A stretch of 50,263 bases of DNA, taken from contig CAZWHL010000003.1 of assembly GCA_964633625.1 (NCBI GenBank), forward strand, positions 1 to 50,263, given 5' to 3'. This document shows positions 32,900 to 43,443 of this stretch, piece after piece. The notes beneath the pieces were generated by a model. The model saw nothing but the letters and a program-made list of their open reading frames with translations. It made no database searches and had not been told where the DNA came from. Numbering within the stretch: the stretch's first letter is position 1; every line of letters begins with the position of its first letter. The position numbers were made by a program, and so were the translations under genes. This DNA comes from an uncultured Rhodoluna sp. (GTDB lineage Bacteria > Actinomycetota > Actinomycetes > Actinomycetales > Microbacteriaceae).

Positions 32900-32954
32900 C
32901 GAGAACTAATCACTTTCGGTATCTGCAGCATCAGCCTCGAAAGCGTGAGAATGA

Positions 32955-33124
32955 CACCCTCTAACGCTTGGCTTGCTATGGGTTTCAGTTTACCCGACCA
33001 ATGCGGCTCCACTTTGGGTGCCACTAAATGCAAGCGTTGGTTAGAGGGTGCCGGACCTCCGTGAAAGAGGTATGGCGCTGAGCCACCAAAGAGATACGTG
33101 AGGGGGATCGCCAAGTGGCTCAGC
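32955..33124 (-). ncRNA. Candidate structured RNA/leader between ssb and ettA
   Basis: Three adjacent stems: 32955-32970/33031-33050, 33055-33059/33067-33071 and 33077-33086/33115-33124. Confidence 0.35.
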
Positions 33125-33135
33125 AGTCTGGAAAA

Positions 33136-33567
33136 TTACTTCTTCTTGGCACCAACCAGTTCTGGTTCGGGCTCAAGGTCGTCGTCTGGGTCTGGATCCG
33201 CCTCGCGCACCAAAACGGTTCTAGTAAAAACGGAGCTTCCCCAGGTCAAATCGTGACCCAGTGAATCGGCTTCAACCTCAACAGAAGTGCCAGCACGTTC
33301 ACCGTTATCCCAATCACGAATGCGAAGCTTTCCGGCAACAACAAGGCGGTCACCCTTGTTGATTGAACCAGCTGAGTTAATAGCTAACTGACGGAAAGCA
33401 GTCACGGTGAACCAATTGGTTTCGCCATCGATCCACTTGTTCTGATTGCGATCAAACCTTCGTTGGGAAGACGCCAATCTAAATGATGTGATTGGCAGGC
33501 CATCCTGAGTTACCAGGTGGCGCGGAGTGGTTGCCACCAGACCGGTGACCGAAAGTGTTTCTGACAA
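33136..33567 (-). CDS. ssb: Single-stranded DNA-binding protein (short secondary paralogue)
   Basis: OB fold: SFRLAS, WIDGETNWFTV, KGD.LVVAGKL, GHDL; acidic tail without terminal PF. Confidence 0.9.
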   Translation of the reverse strand: MSETLSVTGLVATTPRHLVTQDGLPITSFRLASSQRRFDRNQNKWIDGETNWFTVTAFRQLAINSAGSINKGDRLVVAGKLRIRDWDNGERAGTSVEVEADSLGHDLTWGSSVFTRTVLVREADPDPDDDLEPEPELVGAKKK

Positions 33568-33660
33568 TTCCTTATGCCCTTCTCGAAACTTAAACCACTA
33601 ACTGTGGTGTGTTTCGAGTTTGGCGAGCAATCGCAATCTAAGGATTGCCGAATGGAAATC

Positions 33661-33669
33661 TGTGGATAA
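33661..33669 (-). promoter_or_regulatory. Perfect DnaA box upstream of ssb
   Basis: TGTGGATAA on the plus strand = TTATCCACA, intergenic, about 95 nt upstream of the ssb start. Confidence 0.6.
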
Positions 33670-33683
33670 CCCGGCCCTAGCAT

Positions 33684-34208
33684 TTAGTCACGCAGGTAGG
33701 CAGTGAAAGCCTTTCGAGTTTTCAACATCTTTGGCGCTACAACCGCGTTGCAATATCCCTGGTTTGGATTCTTAGCAAAGAAGTCTTGGTGGTAGTCCTC
33801 GCCTACCCAAAAATCACTTGCCGGCGATAGCTCGGTTACAACTCCATCACCCCAAACACTCTTAGCTTTTTCAATTGCTTCGACAAAAAGTTCTCGCTGG
33901 GAATTATCGGTGTAAAACATTACAGACCGATACTGAGTTCCAACATCGTTACCCTGACGGTTCAATTGGGTTGGGTCGTGCAACGTAAAGAAGATGTCCA
34001 GAATTACCTCGGCTGGAATTACCGATTCGTCAAAAATTACTTTGGCAACCTCAGCATGGCCAGTGGTGCCGCTGCAGACTGCCTCGTAGCCAGGGTCAGC
34101 AATCTCGCCGCCCATGTAGCCCACCAGCACATCGCTTACCCCTTTGAACTGCATGAATGAACTGTCCAAACACCAGAAGCAGCCACCGCCAAGAATAAAA
34201 GTCATCAT
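33684..34208 (-). CDS. msrA: Peptide methionine sulfoxide reductase A
   Basis: GCFWC, GHAE, RQGNDVGTQYRS, EDYHQ, GYC. Confidence 0.96.
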   Translation of the reverse strand: MMTFILGGGCFWCLDSSFMQFKGVSDVLVGYMGGEIADPGYEAVCSGTTGHAEVAKVIFDESVIPAEVILDIFFTLHDPTQLNRQGNDVGTQYRSVMFYTDNSQRELFVEAIEKAKSVWGDGVVTELSPASDFWVGEDYHQDFFAKNPNQGYCNAVVAPKMLKTRKAFTAYLRD

Positions 34209-34258
34209 TTCTCTAGCCTAGGCTTGTCTTTGGAATTCGCACACGTGAAGAGGTAAGA

Positions 34259-34651
34259 ATGGCAACAATCGAATTAGGCGCTGCAAACTTTGGCGACACC
34301 GTTGTTAACGAAGGAATCACCATCGTTGATTTCTGGGCTGGTTGGTGCGGACCGTGCATGCAGTTTGCCCCTATTTATGAAGCAGCCTCCGAAAAGCACA
34401 CCGATATTCGTTTCGGCAAGGTCGACACCGAGGCCGAACAGCAACTTTCGGCGGAAGCTGGAATTACTTCTATTCCTACTCTTATGGTTTTCCGAGATGG
34501 AGTATTACTGTTCAACCAGGCGGGTGCGCTACCTGCGCCAGCATTCGAAGAACTTATTCAAGCCGTTCGCGATCTTGACATGGATGAAATCCGCAAAGAG
34601 ATTGAGTCGCATGGCGGCGAATTCGGTGACGTCTCAGAACCACAGGCTTAG
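34259..34651 (+). CDS. Thioredoxin
   Basis: DFWAGWCGPC, IPT. Confidence 0.95.
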   Translation: MATIELGAANFGDTVVNEGITIVDFWAGWCGPCMQFAPIYEAASEKHTDIRFGKVDTEAEQQLSAEAGITSIPTLMVFRDGVLLFNQAGALPAPAFEELIQAVRDLDMDEIRKEIESHGGEFGDVSEPQA

Positions 34652-34653
34652 TA

Positions 34654-34887
34654 ATGGCTAAAATCCAGAACAACTCAATGGCGATGGTTGCCACCGTTGC
34701 ACTGGTTGGCGTTTTCGCTTCAATAATCGGCCTCTTTGATCCAAGCACCTGTGTTGATGTTCAGGCCCAGGGCTGGACATCATGTGAATCAATAGCCCGT
34801 GAACGCCAGATTGGATCCTGGATTCTGCTTGGACTATCGGTGTTGGGCTTCACCGTCTCGTTGGTGCGACGCAAAAAACGTAAGTAG
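34654..34887 (+). CDS. Small two-TM hypothetical protein with a Cys pair in the loop
   Basis: 77 aa, 2 nt after the trx stop; TM-C-x9-C-TM-RRKKRK. Confidence 0.65.
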   Translation: MAKIQNNSMAMVATVALVGVFASIIGLFDPSTCVDVQAQGWTSCESIARERQIGSWILLGLSVLGFTVSLVRRKKRK

Positions 34888-34896
34888 GCTCAAACC

Positions 34897-36264
34897 ATGC
34901 ATGAAGTCAACGACGACTCAATCAAACTTCGCGAAGAAGTTTTTGCATACGCGCGCAAGCGACTTGAGTATGACCCTGCTCCGTTAGATGGACCTCAGTC
35001 ACCTTCCTGGCTAAGTGAAAATGCTGGGCAAACAATTTCCGAATCAGGAATCGGCGGACACAAGGCGCTTCAAATCTTTAGTGAAATTCTTGCACCGGCA
35101 ACAATTTCAACCGATCACCCAAACTATTTATCTTTCATTCCATCTGCACCTACCGAGGCATCAAAACTATTTGACCTAATCGTTTCGGCTTCAGCAATTT
35201 ATGGTGGTTCGTGGATGGAAGGTGCCGGCGCAGTTTATGCCGAAAACGAAGTGCTCGCTTGGTTAGCCAGCGAAGTTGGCCTTCCAAAAACTGCCGGAGG
35301 AGTTTTTGTTCAGGGTGGCACTCTGGGAAATCTGAGTGCACTAGTTGCAGCTCGTCACTCGGCAGCGAAAAAGCGCACCGAAGCAGGTATCGCACAACCA
35401 ACCAAATGGAAATTCATTTGTTCTGCCGAGGCGCACTCATCTTTGAAATCTGCCGCTACGGTAATGGATGTTGACATCATCAAGGCGAAAGTTGATGAAA
35501 ACGGTCACCTTCGTGGTGATTCAGTTGCCGCAGCACTTAGCGAAGCTGGTGACGGAGTATTTGCAATCGTTGCAACTGCCGGAACCACAAACTTTGGCAT
35601 CGTCGACAAACTTGATGAAATCGGAGCGGTTGCAAACGATAAAAATATTTGGTTTCACGTTGATGGTGCGTATGGTTTAGCAGGAATTCTTTCTGCAGAA
35701 AGTCGACACCTTTTTGACGGCGTCGAAAAGGCCGACAGCTTCATTGTTGATCCACACAAGTGGCTGTTCGCACCCTTCGACGCCTGTGCACTGATTTATC
35801 GTGAACCAAAGCTTGCGCACGATGCCCACACTCAGCACGGCGAATATCTAGACACCCTCACCGAATCGGGTGACTGGAATCCTTCTGATTACGCCTACAA
35901 TTTGACCCGCAGACCACGTGGCTTACCACTCTGGTTCTCGCTTGCCACTCATGGTGTGGCGGCATACCGCGAAGGCGTGCGAAAGAACATTTCGCTAACG
36001 CGACAAATTGCCGACGAAATAAAGCGCCGACCAGACCTAGAACTGGTTCGCGAACCAGAACTATCGGTTGTTGTTTTCACTAAGCACGGTTGGGACCTAG
36101 CCAAGTACGATGCGTGGTCGGCCAAGCTTCTTGCCCGTGGCGAGGCATTTGTTGTGCCTAGTTCTCACCTGGGTAAACCAAATGCCAGATTTGCTATCGT
36201 GAATCCACGCACAGACCTCAATGCCTTGATTGCGATTCTCGACAGCATGAACGAAGAAAGTTAA
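34897..36264 (+). CDS. Group II PLP-dependent amino-acid decarboxylase
   Basis: FVQGGTLGN, AHSS, TAGTT, HVDGAYG, DPHKW (PLP lysine). Confidence 0.92.
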   Translation: MHEVNDDSIKLREEVFAYARKRLEYDPAPLDGPQSPSWLSENAGQTISESGIGGHKALQIFSEILAPATISTDHPNYLSFIPSAPTEASKLFDLIVSASAIYGGSWMEGAGAVYAENEVLAWLASEVGLPKTAGGVFVQGGTLGNLSALVAARHSAAKKRTEAGIAQPTKWKFICSAEAHSSLKSAATVMDVDIIKAKVDENGHLRGDSVAAALSEAGDGVFAIVATAGTTNFGIVDKLDEIGAVANDKNIWFHVDGAYGLAGILSAESRHLFDGVEKADSFIVDPHKWLFAPFDACALIYREPKLAHDAHTQHGEYLDTLTESGDWNPSDYAYNLTRRPRGLPLWFSLATHGVAAYREGVRKNISLTRQIADEIKRRPDLELVREPELSVVVFTKHGWDLAKYDAWSAKLLARGEAFVVPSSHLGKPNARFAIVNPRTDLNALIAILDSMNEES

Positions 36265-36267
36265 ATC

Positions 36268-37266
36268 GTGAAAGTTACTGTTGCTCAAGCTCTGACTCCG
36301 CTATCTAGAGTCAAGGATTCAAATCGTTCACCGCTGCGCGTAGCACTGGTGCAAACCAAGTGGCATGAGAACCAGAGTGAGCACCTTGCAAAACTCAACG
36401 AGGGAATTCGCCTTGCTGCCGACAACGGCGCACAAATGGTTTGTTTACAAGAGCTCACTCTTAGTCGCTACCCTGCCGACCAACTTCCGGCAGGCACACC
36501 AAATTCAATTGCCGAGCAACTTGAGGGTGGCCCTACTCACGCATTTGCTGCCGCTGCAGCGCGCGCCAACAACATTTACGTTCACGCGTCACTTTACGAA
36601 CACCAAAACTTCGCCGATGGTCGTGCACTGAACACTGCAATCATTGTTAACCCAGAAGGTGTGATTGTTGCGCGCACTCCAAAATTGCACATTCCGGTCA
36701 CTGCTGGTTACTACGAAGATAAGTATTTTGCTCCGGGTCCTGCTACTGGTGAACCGTATCCGGTTTACGATCTTGAATTCCGTGATGTCGATGCACAGTT
36801 TGGTTTACCAACCTGTTGGGACGAATGGTTCCCTGAGGTTGCGCGCAACTACAGTTTGCGCGGTGCCGAGATCTTGGTATACCCAACGGCAATTGGTTCC
36901 GAACCTGATCACCCGCAATTTGACACTGAGCCGCTTTGGCGTCAGGTGATTGTTGGCAATGCAATCGCGAATGGAACTTTCATGGTGGTGCCAAACCGCT
37001 ACGGCAACGAGGGCGCGCTGAACTTCTATGGAAGCAGTTTCATTTGCGACCCTTACGGCCGTATCTTGGTGCGCGCCGAACGCGAGGGCGATGAAGTGCT
37101 GATCGCCGATCTTGATCTTGATCAGCGTCGCGATTGGCTTGACCTGTTTCCATTCCTTGCCACTCGCCGACCAGACACCTACGACTTACTTACCAAGCCG
37201 GTAGTAAATCCGCGCACCGATAACGGTGAAGGTGTTGATGGTGGCATTGCCGGAGTCAACTACTAA
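36268..37266 (+). CDS. Carbon-nitrogen hydrolase, N-carbamoylputrescine amidase-like
   Basis: E-K-C triad: LQEL, KLHIP, TCWDEWFPE; YPTAIGSEP; adjacent to agmatine deiminase. Confidence 0.88.
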   Translation: MKVTVAQALTPLSRVKDSNRSPLRVALVQTKWHENQSEHLAKLNEGIRLAADNGAQMVCLQELTLSRYPADQLPAGTPNSIAEQLEGGPTHAFAAAAARANNIYVHASLYEHQNFADGRALNTAIIVNPEGVIVARTPKLHIPVTAGYYEDKYFAPGPATGEPYPVYDLEFRDVDAQFGLPTCWDEWFPEVARNYSLRGAEILVYPTAIGSEPDHPQFDTEPLWRQVIVGNAIANGTFMVVPNRYGNEGALNFYGSSFICDPYGRILVRAEREGDEVLIADLDLDQRRDWLDLFPFLATRRPDTYDLLTKPVVNPRTDNGEGVDGGIAGVNY

Positions 37267-38277
37267 ATGACTTCGGCTCAGTGGTTCATGCCAGCCGAAT
37301 GGACGCCGCACGAAAGGACTTGGATGGCGTGGCCTTCATCGGGCTACACACTCGGTGAAACTGAATCCGATTGGCACGAAGCACGCTCAACCTGGGCTGC
37401 CGTTGCCAACGCAATCATCGAATTCGAACCGGTCACCATGCTGTGCGAACAGGACGCAATTGAAATCGCAAGGGAATTTTTAGATTCACGAGTTGAGATC
37501 GTCGCCGCTCCCCTGAATGATGCATGGATGCGCGACATTGGACCAACCTTTGTAAAAAATTCAAGTGGTGACGTTGCCGCAGTGAACTGGATCTTCAACG
37601 GCTGGGGCGCACAGAGCTGGGCAAGTTGGGACAAAGACTCTAAAGTTGCCGAGATTATTGCGACGCTTGCCGGCAAGGAACTGATTAATTCCCAATTGAT
37701 TAACGAGGGCGGCGGAATCCACGTCAATGGCGAAGGTGCTGTTCTACTTACCGAGACCGTACAGCTTGGCGAAGGTAGAAACTCAACTTGGTCTCGTGCC
37801 GAGGTTGAAGCAGAAATCCATGAAAAACTTGGCACGAAAGAGGCCATCTGGATTCGCCGCGGACTAACGCGTGACTATGACGAATTTGGTACCCGCGGTC
37901 ACATTGATATCGTCGCTTGCTTCGCTTCACCCACCAAAATCTTGTTTCACAATCAAGAGGACCCAGCGCATCCGGATTATTCGGTCAGCCACGAGGTCAA
38001 GCGAACACTTGAAGAATATGGTGGCTTTGAGTTGATTCCGGTTGCCGCGCCAACAACTTTGCGTGATGACGAAGGCTTTGTTGATTACAGCTACATCAAT
38101 CACTACCTAGTAAATGGCGGCGTAATTTTGTGTGGCTTTAAAGATGCCAACGACCAGCGCGCGGTGGAAACATTGCAGAGCGTTTACCCCGATAGAAAGA
38201 TCGTGTTAGTTGATGCCCGCCCACTATTTGCTCGCGGCGGCGGCATCCACTGCATTACGCAGCAACAGCCCGCCTAG
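37267..38277 (+). CDS. aguA: Agmatine deiminase
   Basis: MPAEW, DAWMRD, FNGWG, EGG, GHID, GGGIHCITQQ. Confidence 0.93.
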   Translation: MTSAQWFMPAEWTPHERTWMAWPSSGYTLGETESDWHEARSTWAAVANAIIEFEPVTMLCEQDAIEIAREFLDSRVEIVAAPLNDAWMRDIGPTFVKNSSGDVAAVNWIFNGWGAQSWASWDKDSKVAEIIATLAGKELINSQLINEGGGIHVNGEGAVLLTETVQLGEGRNSTWSRAEVEAEIHEKLGTKEAIWIRRGLTRDYDEFGTRGHIDIVACFASPTKILFHNQEDPAHPDYSVSHEVKRTLEEYGGFELIPVAAPTTLRDDEGFVDYSYINHYLVNGGVILCGFKDANDQRAVETLQSVYPDRKIVLVDARPLFARGGGIHCITQQQPA

Positions 38278-39392
38278 GCGATTGCTGCTTGCAACTCCTG
38301 GAAAGGTAGCTCCGGGAATGCGTGCTGCACGCCAGAGTATGTGACCTTGCCATCGTGCACGTTCAAGCCCTTTGCCAATGATTCATCGGCGGCAAGCGCT
38401 GCCTTCCAACCTTTATCTGCAAGAGCAATTACATAAGGCAAGGTCGCATTGGTCAGCGCGCGAGTAGATGTTGCTGGAACCGCACCCGGCATGTTGGCAA
38501 CGCAGTAGTAAACACTGTTGTGAACTTTGAAGGTTGGGTCATCGTGAGTGGTTGGCTTTGAGTTTTCAAAACACCCGCCCTGGTCAATTGCAATATCAAC
38601 CAACACCGATCCAGGCTTCATAGTTTTCACCATTGCATCGGTTACGAGTTTTGGTGCCTTTTCCCCAGGAATCAAAACAGATCCAATTACTAGATCGGCA
38701 TCTTTTAGTTGTTCCGCTATTTCAAGTGCGGTTGAAACGCGAGTACGAACGTGTCCACCAAATCTTGCATCGAGTTCACGCAGCTTTGGCAGAGAAATAT
38801 CAATCACCGTTACCTCGGCTTGCATGCCAAGCGCCATAGTCGCAGCGTGCTCACCGGCAACGCCACCACCAATCACAACCACTTTGGCCTTTGGCGCACC
38901 CGGCACACCGCCCATCAAAACTCCACGACCACCCTCATTCTTCATAAGTTGGTATGCACCAATCTGTGCTGACAATCGACCGGCAACTTCACTCATCGGT
39001 TGGAGCAGTGGCAATGAACGATTTGGCAGCTGCACCGTCTCGTAGGCAATCGCGGTGGTTCCAGATGCAAGCAGTGCATCGGTGCACTCGCGCGAAGCTG
39101 CAAGGTGAAGGTAGGTGAACAACACTTGATCGCGTCGCATCAGATTGTATTCGGCCTTGATTGGCTCTTTCACCTTGAGCAACAAATCACCGGCGGCCCA
39201 AACCTCTTCGGCAGTGGCTAGCATATTGGCGCCCTGCGCCTGGTAGTCGGAATCCTCAAAACCAGAGCCAACTCCGGCACCCGCCTGAATGAATACCTCA
39301 TGACCACGACGCACCAGCTCGTGCACACCGGCAGGCGTAATAGCCACACGGTTCTCGTTGTTCTTGATCTCAGTTGGAATGCCTACGCGCAT
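38274..39392 (-). CDS. ald: Alanine dehydrogenase
   Basis: EIKNNENRV, KVKEP, PMSEVAG, IDQGG, VANMPG. Confidence 0.97.
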   Translation of the reverse strand: MRVGIPTEIKNNENRVAITPAGVHELVRRGHEVFIQAGAGVGSGFEDSDYQAQGANMLATAEEVWAAGDLLLKVKEPIKAEYNLMRRDQVLFTYLHLAASRECTDALLASGTTAIAYETVQLPNRSLPLLQPMSEVAGRLSAQIGAYQLMKNEGGRGVLMGGVPGAPKAKVVVIGGGVAGEHAATMALGMQAEVTVIDISLPKLRELDARFGGHVRTRVSTALEIAEQLKDADLVIGSVLIPGEKAPKLVTDAMVKTMKPGSVLVDIAIDQGGCFENSKPTTHDDPTFKVHNSVYYCVANMPGAVPATSTRALTNATLPYVIALADKGWKAALAADESLAKGLNVHDGKVTYSGVQHAFPELPFQELQAAIA

Positions 39393-39515
39393 GATTTGCT
39401 CCTTCTTTCAGGTAAATCCTGTAGGTTTCACGTTACATTCGTGTAAAGACCGAACATTCTGCATAAAATAACCTAATATTTGCTTAAGAATTCATTTTGG
39501 AAGGCAATTTGGGCC

Positions 39516-39989
39516 ATGGCAACGAATAATCTGCAGGCTGAACTAGACGAGATCGATCACGAACTTCTGCGCTTACTAAGCGCAAACGCCCGGATGACCA
39601 ATACCGATCTTGCCGAAGCTGCCGGAATTGCCCCGTCTACCTGCATCACCCGTGTTCGCACACTCGTGTCTAGAGGAGTCATCTCAGGTTTCAACGCAAA
39701 CATCAACCCGGCTGCAATCGGTCTATCAAGTCAGGTCCTTATCTCAGTAACTTTGCGTGCCGGAGCCAGATCACATCTTGCCGATTTCATGAATGAGATG
39801 CGCTCTCTACCAGAGGTCATTCAGGTTTTCTTCCTGGGTGGCGCGGAAGACTTCATTGTTCACCTAGCAGTGCGTGACAACGATCACGTTCGCGAATTTG
39901 TTCTCGAAAACCTTTCAAGCAATGCCACAGTTGCATCAACCCGAACCAACATGGTGTTTGAACATTTTCACAAGGGTCCGGTCGCCTAG
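39516..39989 (+). CDS. Lrp/AsnC transcriptional regulator (AldR-like)
   Basis: LDEIDHELLRLL..NAR HTH; divergent from ald; start reassigned to ATG 39516. Confidence 0.9.
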   Translation: MATNNLQAELDEIDHELLRLLSANARMTNTDLAEAAGIAPSTCITRVRTLVSRGVISGFNANINPAAIGLSSQVLISVTLRAGARSHLADFMNEMRSLPEVIQVFFLGGAEDFIVHLAVRDNDHVREFVLENLSSNATVASTRTNMVFEHFHKGPVA

Positions 39990-39998
39990 GCTTAAATC

Positions 39999-40490
39999 AT
40001 GAACGAGCCGCGCGAATCAGATGTCGAAAAAGTAATTCGTCAAGAGGAACTTTTGGTCTTCAGAAGTTTTGATGAGGCCGACGCCTGGAGTCTTGGACTT
40101 GCGCTTCGCGCCGAAGCCGAAAAGTACGGCCAAGGCGTTGCTATCGACATTCGCCGCGGCGAAGACATACTTTTCTTTTCGGCAATGCCTGGCACGACTG
40201 CCGTAAACGCCGACTGGGCTCGTCGCAAACGAAACTTGGTCAACCTAATGCACACCAGTTCATACCTAGTTGGACTTGAAATAAAGTTTGCCGAGGCTGC
40301 GCACAAAATATCGGGATTAGACGAAGCTAACTATGCCTGGCACGGTGGCTGCTTCCCTATTCGCGTTGAGGGCGAGGGCATTGTGGCCACTGCAACAATT
40401 TCAGGATTACCTCAGCGCGATGACCACAAACTGGTCACCGACGTCATCGCAGATTACCTTGGCGTTGACCTTGGAGACAGTGCCCTCTAA
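39999..40490 (+). CDS. Heme-degrading/GlcG-like domain protein (UPF0303)
   Basis: AW.LG, WARRKRN, HGGCFPI, SGLPQRDDH. Confidence 0.85.
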   Translation: MNEPRESDVEKVIRQEELLVFRSFDEADAWSLGLALRAEAEKYGQGVAIDIRRGEDILFFSAMPGTTAVNADWARRKRNLVNLMHTSSYLVGLEIKFAEAAHKISGLDEANYAWHGGCFPIRVEGEGIVATATISGLPQRDDHKLVTDVIADYLGVDLGDSAL

Positions 40491-40520
40491 AACACTGTGC
40501 TCTATAAAACAAATTGCTAT

Positions 40521-42368
<1,848 letters not shown>

Positions 42369-42378
42369 GGAGCACGCT

Positions 42379-43191
42379 ATGAAGGTTCACGGAAAAGTAC
42401 TAGTCGTTACCGGAGCCGGAAATGGCATGGGGCGCGAAGTTTCGCTCGAACTGCTTCGCCGAGGTGCAAAAGTAGCCGGACTAGATCTAAAGCACGAATT
42501 TCTAGAAGAGACTAAAAAACTTGCCGGCGAAAACGCTAACAACTTCTTTGCATTTGATGTCAACATCACCGATAGAGCCCGCGTGGCCGCCCTCCCTACC
42601 GAGATTGAAGCCAAGGTTGGCAAGGTTGATGCATTGTTAAATGTTGCCGGAATTATTCAGCCGTTCGTAAAAATCAATGAACTTGATTTCGAGCACATCG
42701 ATCGCGTGATGAACGTCAACTTCTTTGGTCCGTTGAACATGATCAAGGCATTCCTGCCTGGCCTAATTGGACGCCCCGAAGCACACCTGCTTAACGTTTC
42801 ATCAATGGGTTCCTACGCTCCGGTACCCGGACAAACCCTGTATGGCGCAACCAAAGCTGCTTTGAACTTGCTTACAGAGGGCCTCCGTTCAGAACTAAAG
42901 GAGACGAATGTAAACCTCACCTTGGTCTGGCCCGGAGCGATTGGCACCAACATCTCGGCAAACTCTGGGGTCAGCTTCGGCAGTGGTGAACTAACTGAAG
43001 AACAGAAGAAAGCCGCAGCCCGTGTTACCGCTCCGGCCGCCGCTGGAAAAATGATGGTCGATGCAATTGAGTCGAATGCAAGACGAATTTATGTTGGTAG
43101 CGACGCCAAACTGATGGGAAACCTGATTCGACTTGCCCCTGACTTCGCAGCAAACCTGATCTACAAGAACATGAAGTCATTACTTGGCTAA
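42379..43191 (+). CDS. Short-chain dehydrogenase/reductase
   Basis: TGAGNGMG, NVAG, YGATK. Confidence 0.92.
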   Translation: MKVHGKVLVVTGAGNGMGREVSLELLRRGAKVAGLDLKHEFLEETKKLAGENANNFFAFDVNITDRARVAALPTEIEAKVGKVDALLNVAGIIQPFVKINELDFEHIDRVMNVNFFGPLNMIKAFLPGLIGRPEAHLLNVSSMGSYAPVPGQTLYGATKAALNLLTEGLRSELKETNVNLTLVWPGAIGTNISANSGVSFGSGELTEEQKKAAARVTAPAAAGKMMVDAIESNARRIYVGSDAKLMGNLIRLAPDFAANLIYKNMKSLLG

Positions 43192-43192
43192 G

Positions 43193-43265
43193 CGCCCTCG
43201 GCAGGAATCGAACCTGCGACCAAGAGATTAGAAGGCTCTTGCTCTATCCACTGAGCTACGAGGGC
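43193..43265 (-). tRNA. tRNA-Arg(TCT), CCA not encoded
   Basis: GCCCTCGTAGCTCAGTGGATAGAGC...CTTCTAA...GGTTCGATTCC..CGAGGGCG followed by CTT; -10 TAAACT at 43295-43300. Confidence 0.96.
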
Positions 43266-43332
43266 AATGCCCTGAAGTTCAGGGGCTAACGGCAAGTTTA
43301 CCGCGAAGCGTCAAATAGGTTCGCTTTGGGCT

Positions 43333-43384
43333 AAATGCAATCAAATGTAAGCAAAATGAATCTTTTTGCAACCCCATTCAATCC
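43333..43384 (+). repeat. Short imperfect direct repeats, putative integrase arm-type sites
   Basis: AAATGCAATC, AAATGTAAGC, AAATGAATC at 10-11 bp spacing, then TTGCAACC and TTCAATCC. Confidence 0.5.
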
Positions 43385-43443
43385 TCTATTGCACAGAGAA
43401 TGCACGCCAAGAGAGCGGGCCTGTAGTAGAAGAGAGATTCAAA

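Noticed and set aside
32911-32934. Hammerhead-like CTGATG...GAAA on the minus strand
   Set aside because: Reads CUGAUGC rather than CUGAUGA, and stem II does not form
32875-33114. ORFs of 69-79 aa in the ssb-ettA spacer
   Set aside because: No motifs, overlap with ettA, and the region is better explained by RNA structure
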